Assembly (NCBI GenBank): GCA_964016885.1
Contig: OZ024760.1
Span: 11,470,001 to 11,534,000, forward strand
From: Eledone cirrhosa
Taxonomy: Eukaryota
Direction: 5' to 3'
Length of the DNA: 64,000 nt
The translations under genes were made by a program, and so were the position numbers. How positions within the stretch are numbered: the stretch's first letter is position 1; each line of letters starts with the position of its first letter. Positions 59,940-64,000 of this stretch are shown here, in pieces. A model generated the notes under the pieces. It was not told the DNA's origin. It worked only from the letters and a program-made list of their open reading frames with translations, and ran no database searches.

Positions 59940-61190
59940 GTTGTTGTTACTGTTGTTGTTGTCACTGATCTTGTTGTTACTGTTGTTGTTGTCACTGATC
60001 TTGTTGTTACTGTTGTTGTTGTCACTGATCTTGTTGTTACTGTTGTTGTTGTCACTGATCTTGTTGTTACTGTTGTTGTTGTCACTGATCTTGTTGTTAC
60101 TGTTGTTGTTGTCACTGTTGTTGTTGTTACTGTCGTTGTTGTTACTGTCGTTGTTGTTACTGTTGTTGTTGTTACTGATCTTGTTGTTACTGATCTTGTT
60201 GTTACTGATCTTGTTGTTACTGTTGTTGTTGTTACTGTTGTTGTTGTTACTGTCGTTGTTGTTACTGTCGTTGTTGTTACTGTTGTTGTTGTTACTGATC
60301 TTGTTGTTACTGTTGTTGTTGTCACTGTTGTTGTTGTTACTGTCGTTGTTGTTACTGTCGTTGTTGTTACTGTTGTTGTTGTCACTGATCTTGTTGTTAC
60401 TGTTGTTGTTGTTACTGATCTTGTTGTTACTGTTGTTGTTGTTACTGTTGTTGTTGTTACTGTCGTTGTTGTTACTGTCGTTGTTGTTACTGTTGTTGTT
60501 GTTACTGATCTTGTTGTTACTGTTGTTGTTGTCACTGATCTTGTTGTTACTGTTGTTGTTGTCACTGTTGTTGTTGTTACTGTTGTTGTTGTTACTGTTG
60601 TTGTTGTTACTGTTGTTGTTGTTACTGTTGTTGTTGTTACTGTTGTTGTTGTTACTGTTGTTGTTGTTACTGTCGTTGTTGTTACTGTTGTTGTTGTTAC
60701 TGTCGTTGTTGTTACTGTCGTTGTTGTTACTGTTGTTGTTGTTACTGTTGTTGTTGTTACTGTTGTTGTTGTTACTGTTGTTGTTGTTACTGATCTTGTT
60801 GTTACTGTTGTTGTTGTCACTGATCTTGTTGTTACTGTTGTTGTTGTTACTGTTGTTGTTGTTACTGTTGTTGTTGTTACTGTTGTTGTTGTTACTGTTG
60901 TTGTTGTTACTGTTGTTGTTGTTACTGTTGTTGTTGTTACTGTTGTTGTTGTTACTGTTGTTGTTGTTACTGTCGTTGTTGTTACTGTCGTTGTTGTTAC
61001 TGTCGTTGTTGTTACTGTTGTTGTTGTTACTGTTGTTGTTGTTACTGTTGTTGTTGTTACTGTTGTTGTTGTTACTGTTGTTGTTGTTACTGTTGTTGTT
61101 GTCACTGATCTTGTTGTTACTGTTGTTGTTGTTACTGTTGTTGTTGTCACTGATCTTGTTGTTACTGTTGTTGTTGTTACTGTTGTTGTT
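59940..61190. repeat. 15-bp minisatellite (GTT)4ACT with GATC/GTC variants
   Basis: Direct inspection. It is the source of the VVVVT/TTTTV/poly-L ORFs. Confidence 0.95.
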
Positions 61191-61959
61191 TCTATAGTTG
61201 TTGATACAGTTGTCGTTGTTGTTGTTATATCTCTAATATAGATATTATGATTGTCATTTTAATCTGGGTTCCAAGATATCGTTGGTCTTGTGTTGCTTCT
61301 GAAACTCAAGTGGCCCTTTTTCTTCTTCTCTTTCTCCTTCTTCTTCTCCTTCTCGTTCTTCTTTTTATTCTTTTTATTCTTTTTCTTTTTATTCTTTTTC
61401 TCCTTCTCGTTCTTCTTTTTCTTCTTTTTCTTCTTTTCTTTTTTTTTTCTTTTTCTTCGTTTTCTTCTTCGATTTCTTCGATTTCTTCGTTTTCTTCGAT
61501 TTCTTCGTTTTCTTCGTTTTCTTCTTTGCTGTTGTCGTTGTTGTCGTTGTCGTTGTTGTTGTTGTCGATGTTGTTGTTTTCGTTTTTTTTTTTGTTGCAA
61601 TTATTGTGGCTGTTATTGGTTTTGTTATTATTATTGTTGTTGTTGTTGTAGCTGTTGTTGTAGCTGTTGTTGTTGTTGTTGTTGTTGTTGTATTCTTTCG
61701 ACTACTTCTATCTCTTCTTTTTTACTTCTCCCCCCTTTCGCCTTCTGATGTTGTTATTGTTGTTGATATATATTTCGTTCTTGTTATCCACCTCTGCCTC
61801 TTCCTTCTTCTTCTCATCTTCCACCTCCTTCTCATCTTCCTCTTCCTCCCCTTCCTCCTCCTTTTCCTCCCCTTCCTCTTCCTCCTCCTCATTCGTCTTC
61901 TCATTCTTCCATCATCCTGTTGTTGCTACCTATACAACAGATCAGATTAACGTTCATAC

Positions 61960-62029
<70 letters not shown>

Positions 62030-63739
62030 ATATGTGCGCGTGTATTTATATATGTATATATATTATATATACACATGGGTGTGTGTGTATTTATATGTGC
62101 GTGTGTATTTATATATACATATATGTATATATATATTATATATAAATATGTGTGTGTGTGTGTGTATTTATATATATGTGCGTGTGTATTTATATATACA
62201 TATATGTATATATATTATTTATATATATGTGCGTGTGTATTTATATATACATATATGTATATATATTATTTATATATATGTGCGTGTGTATTTATATATA
62301 CATATATGTATATATATTATATATAAATATGCGTGTGTGTATTTATATATATGTGCGTGTGTATTTATATATACATATATGTATATATATATTATATATA
62401 AATATGTGTGTGTGTGTGTGTGTGTATTTATATATGTGTGCGTGTGTATTTATATATACATATATGTATATATATTATATATAAATATGTGTGTGTGTGT
62501 GTGTGTATTTATATATGTGTGCGTGTGTATTTATATATACATATATGTATATATATATTATATATAAATATGTGTGTGTGTGTATTTATATATGTGTGCG
62601 TGTGTATTTATATATACATATATGTATATATATTATATATAAATATGTGTGTGTGTGGTTGGAGCTGTTCTGACTAAGAAACCTCATAAATCTACTGATG
62701 CTGATCTCCATATTTTCTACAGAATCGTTCCTGTATGTTTCTTATCATTTTTCTAATTTCACAGCCATGGAACTACAGTCAATACACCCACCCACACATC
62801 TACACCCACTCATATACATGCATATATTCTGTATATAAATATATATATATTTATATATATATGTGTATATATATATATATATTTATATAACTATATATAT
62901 ATATATATATATATTTATATAACTATATATATATAAATATATATTTATATAACTATATATTTATATAACTATATATTTATATAACTATATATATATTTAT
63001 ATAACATATATATATATATATATATAGTATAAAAGAGAAAACACAAGTAAGCATTAAGAGAAGGTTTTTATCCAGGTTTTTACGACCGTTTCATTGGTAA
63101 GTGCAACCTTATATTGCTATACTGCAAATAGCAGCCAGTCAATTATAATTGTTGTTCAGTCCAAATTTTCAAAATAGTGGGTAAGTTGCTCTTGAAGTAG
63201 TTCTTAATATATAGAGAAAAACATATGGAATTGTATTTACTAGTATAGAGAGAGAGGAATCAGAAGGTGAGGGGACATACGGAATAGTATAGAGAGAGAG
63301 AGGAAGTGGGAAGAGTTAGGAAGTAGTGACAAACTGAGATGGAGGGAGGGGTAGAGGTGGAAGGATTCCTCGATCAGTTTTGATATTCAGACTTCATGTC
63401 GTGGAATGTAGTGAGTTAAAGAGAATTAAATTGATCATAGTGGGAGGGATGGATAGAGAGAGAGAGAGGAGGGGCGATATGAAGAGATAAATATATATAT
63501 AAAAAATAAAAATAAAGATAATAATGACAAAAGTAAAAGCAAAGAAGGGGGGAGAAAGAAGAAAAGAAAAGATAGCCAAGAAGGGGAGGGAAGGAAGGAA
63601 GAAAACGAAGAAATAGAAGAGGAATGAAGGTGAAGGGGCGGATATAGGTATTGGTTTTTGTGGGTAATTAAAAGGGTTTAGATACAACAAGAGGGTATAA
63701 AGTCTAAGTATATGCAGTTTGTCAGTTGGTAGTAAGAGG

Positions 63740-64000
63740 TTAAGGGTTCGATTTGCACTTGTAGTGCGAAAACTTCTCTTTGAGTCTATGGTTACAATAA
63801 ATTGATCTTTCGATTTTATTGTTGAGTAACTTATTCTTCGAACTCAAGATGTTGAACAGCTCAAGGTCGCCTAATCGACAGCTTCTCATACCACTCCGAT
63901 ATGGGGGCGCGTTCGATAATTTTTTCCACTTCAGGGTGTATTGATGGTTACTTTCCCTCAGTTCCCAGGTCTTGTTTGCAAGGGTAGTTATATAACGATG
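63740..64000 (-). CDS. C-terminal end of a Penelope-like element ORF (GIY-YIG endonuclease region), partial and entering from beyond the window
   Basis: Open frame from 64000 to the stop at 63740-63742: HRYITTLANKTWELRESNHQYTLKWKKLSNAPPYRSGMRSCRLGDLELFNILSSKNKLLNNKIERSIYCNHRLKEKFSHYKCKSNP*. It matches the recalled PLE pattern T.L...W.L......I.W.....PY..G...C.LC..E...IL....LLN...E....C.H. Confidence 0.75.
   Translation of the reverse strand, partial: HRYITTLANKTWELRESNHQYTLKWKKLSNAPPYRSGMRSCRLGDLELFNILSSKNKLLNNKIERSIYCNHRLKEKFSHYKCKSNP

Noticed and set aside
59838-61241. Mucin-like Thr-rich or Val-rich ORFs
   Set aside because: A 15-bp minisatellite open in several frames, with no non-repetitive domain or splice evidence.

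Overview
Non-bacterial, extremely microsatellite-rich animal genomic DNA. The SINE families and (TA)n/(CA)n/(TACA)n load suggest an octopod cephalopod (inference). No host protein-coding gene can be supported, and nearly all ORFs in the track are translations of simple repeats. Recognisable content: many tRNA-derived SINEs of two families, decayed LINE fragments (RTE, CR1-group, R4/Dong-like), a probable non-autonomous Helitron, MITE-like palindromes, a ~47-bp satellite, and the 3' end of a Penelope-like element (PLE) ORF at the right edge. The main discovery is a set of short 'islands' embedded in (TA)n tracts, from at least eight unrelated sequence families. They carry type I hammerhead ribozyme folds (stem I - CUGANGA - stem II - GAAA - short, often palindromic stem III - NUH - stem I'), with about ten intact cores and compensatory stem changes between copies. 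Many copies are fold-back palindromes whose apex lies in or at the ribozyme. This looks like a TA-microsatellite-associated, ribozyme-bearing, PLE-derived retroelement system. All structures were read by eye and none has been computationally or experimentally verified.
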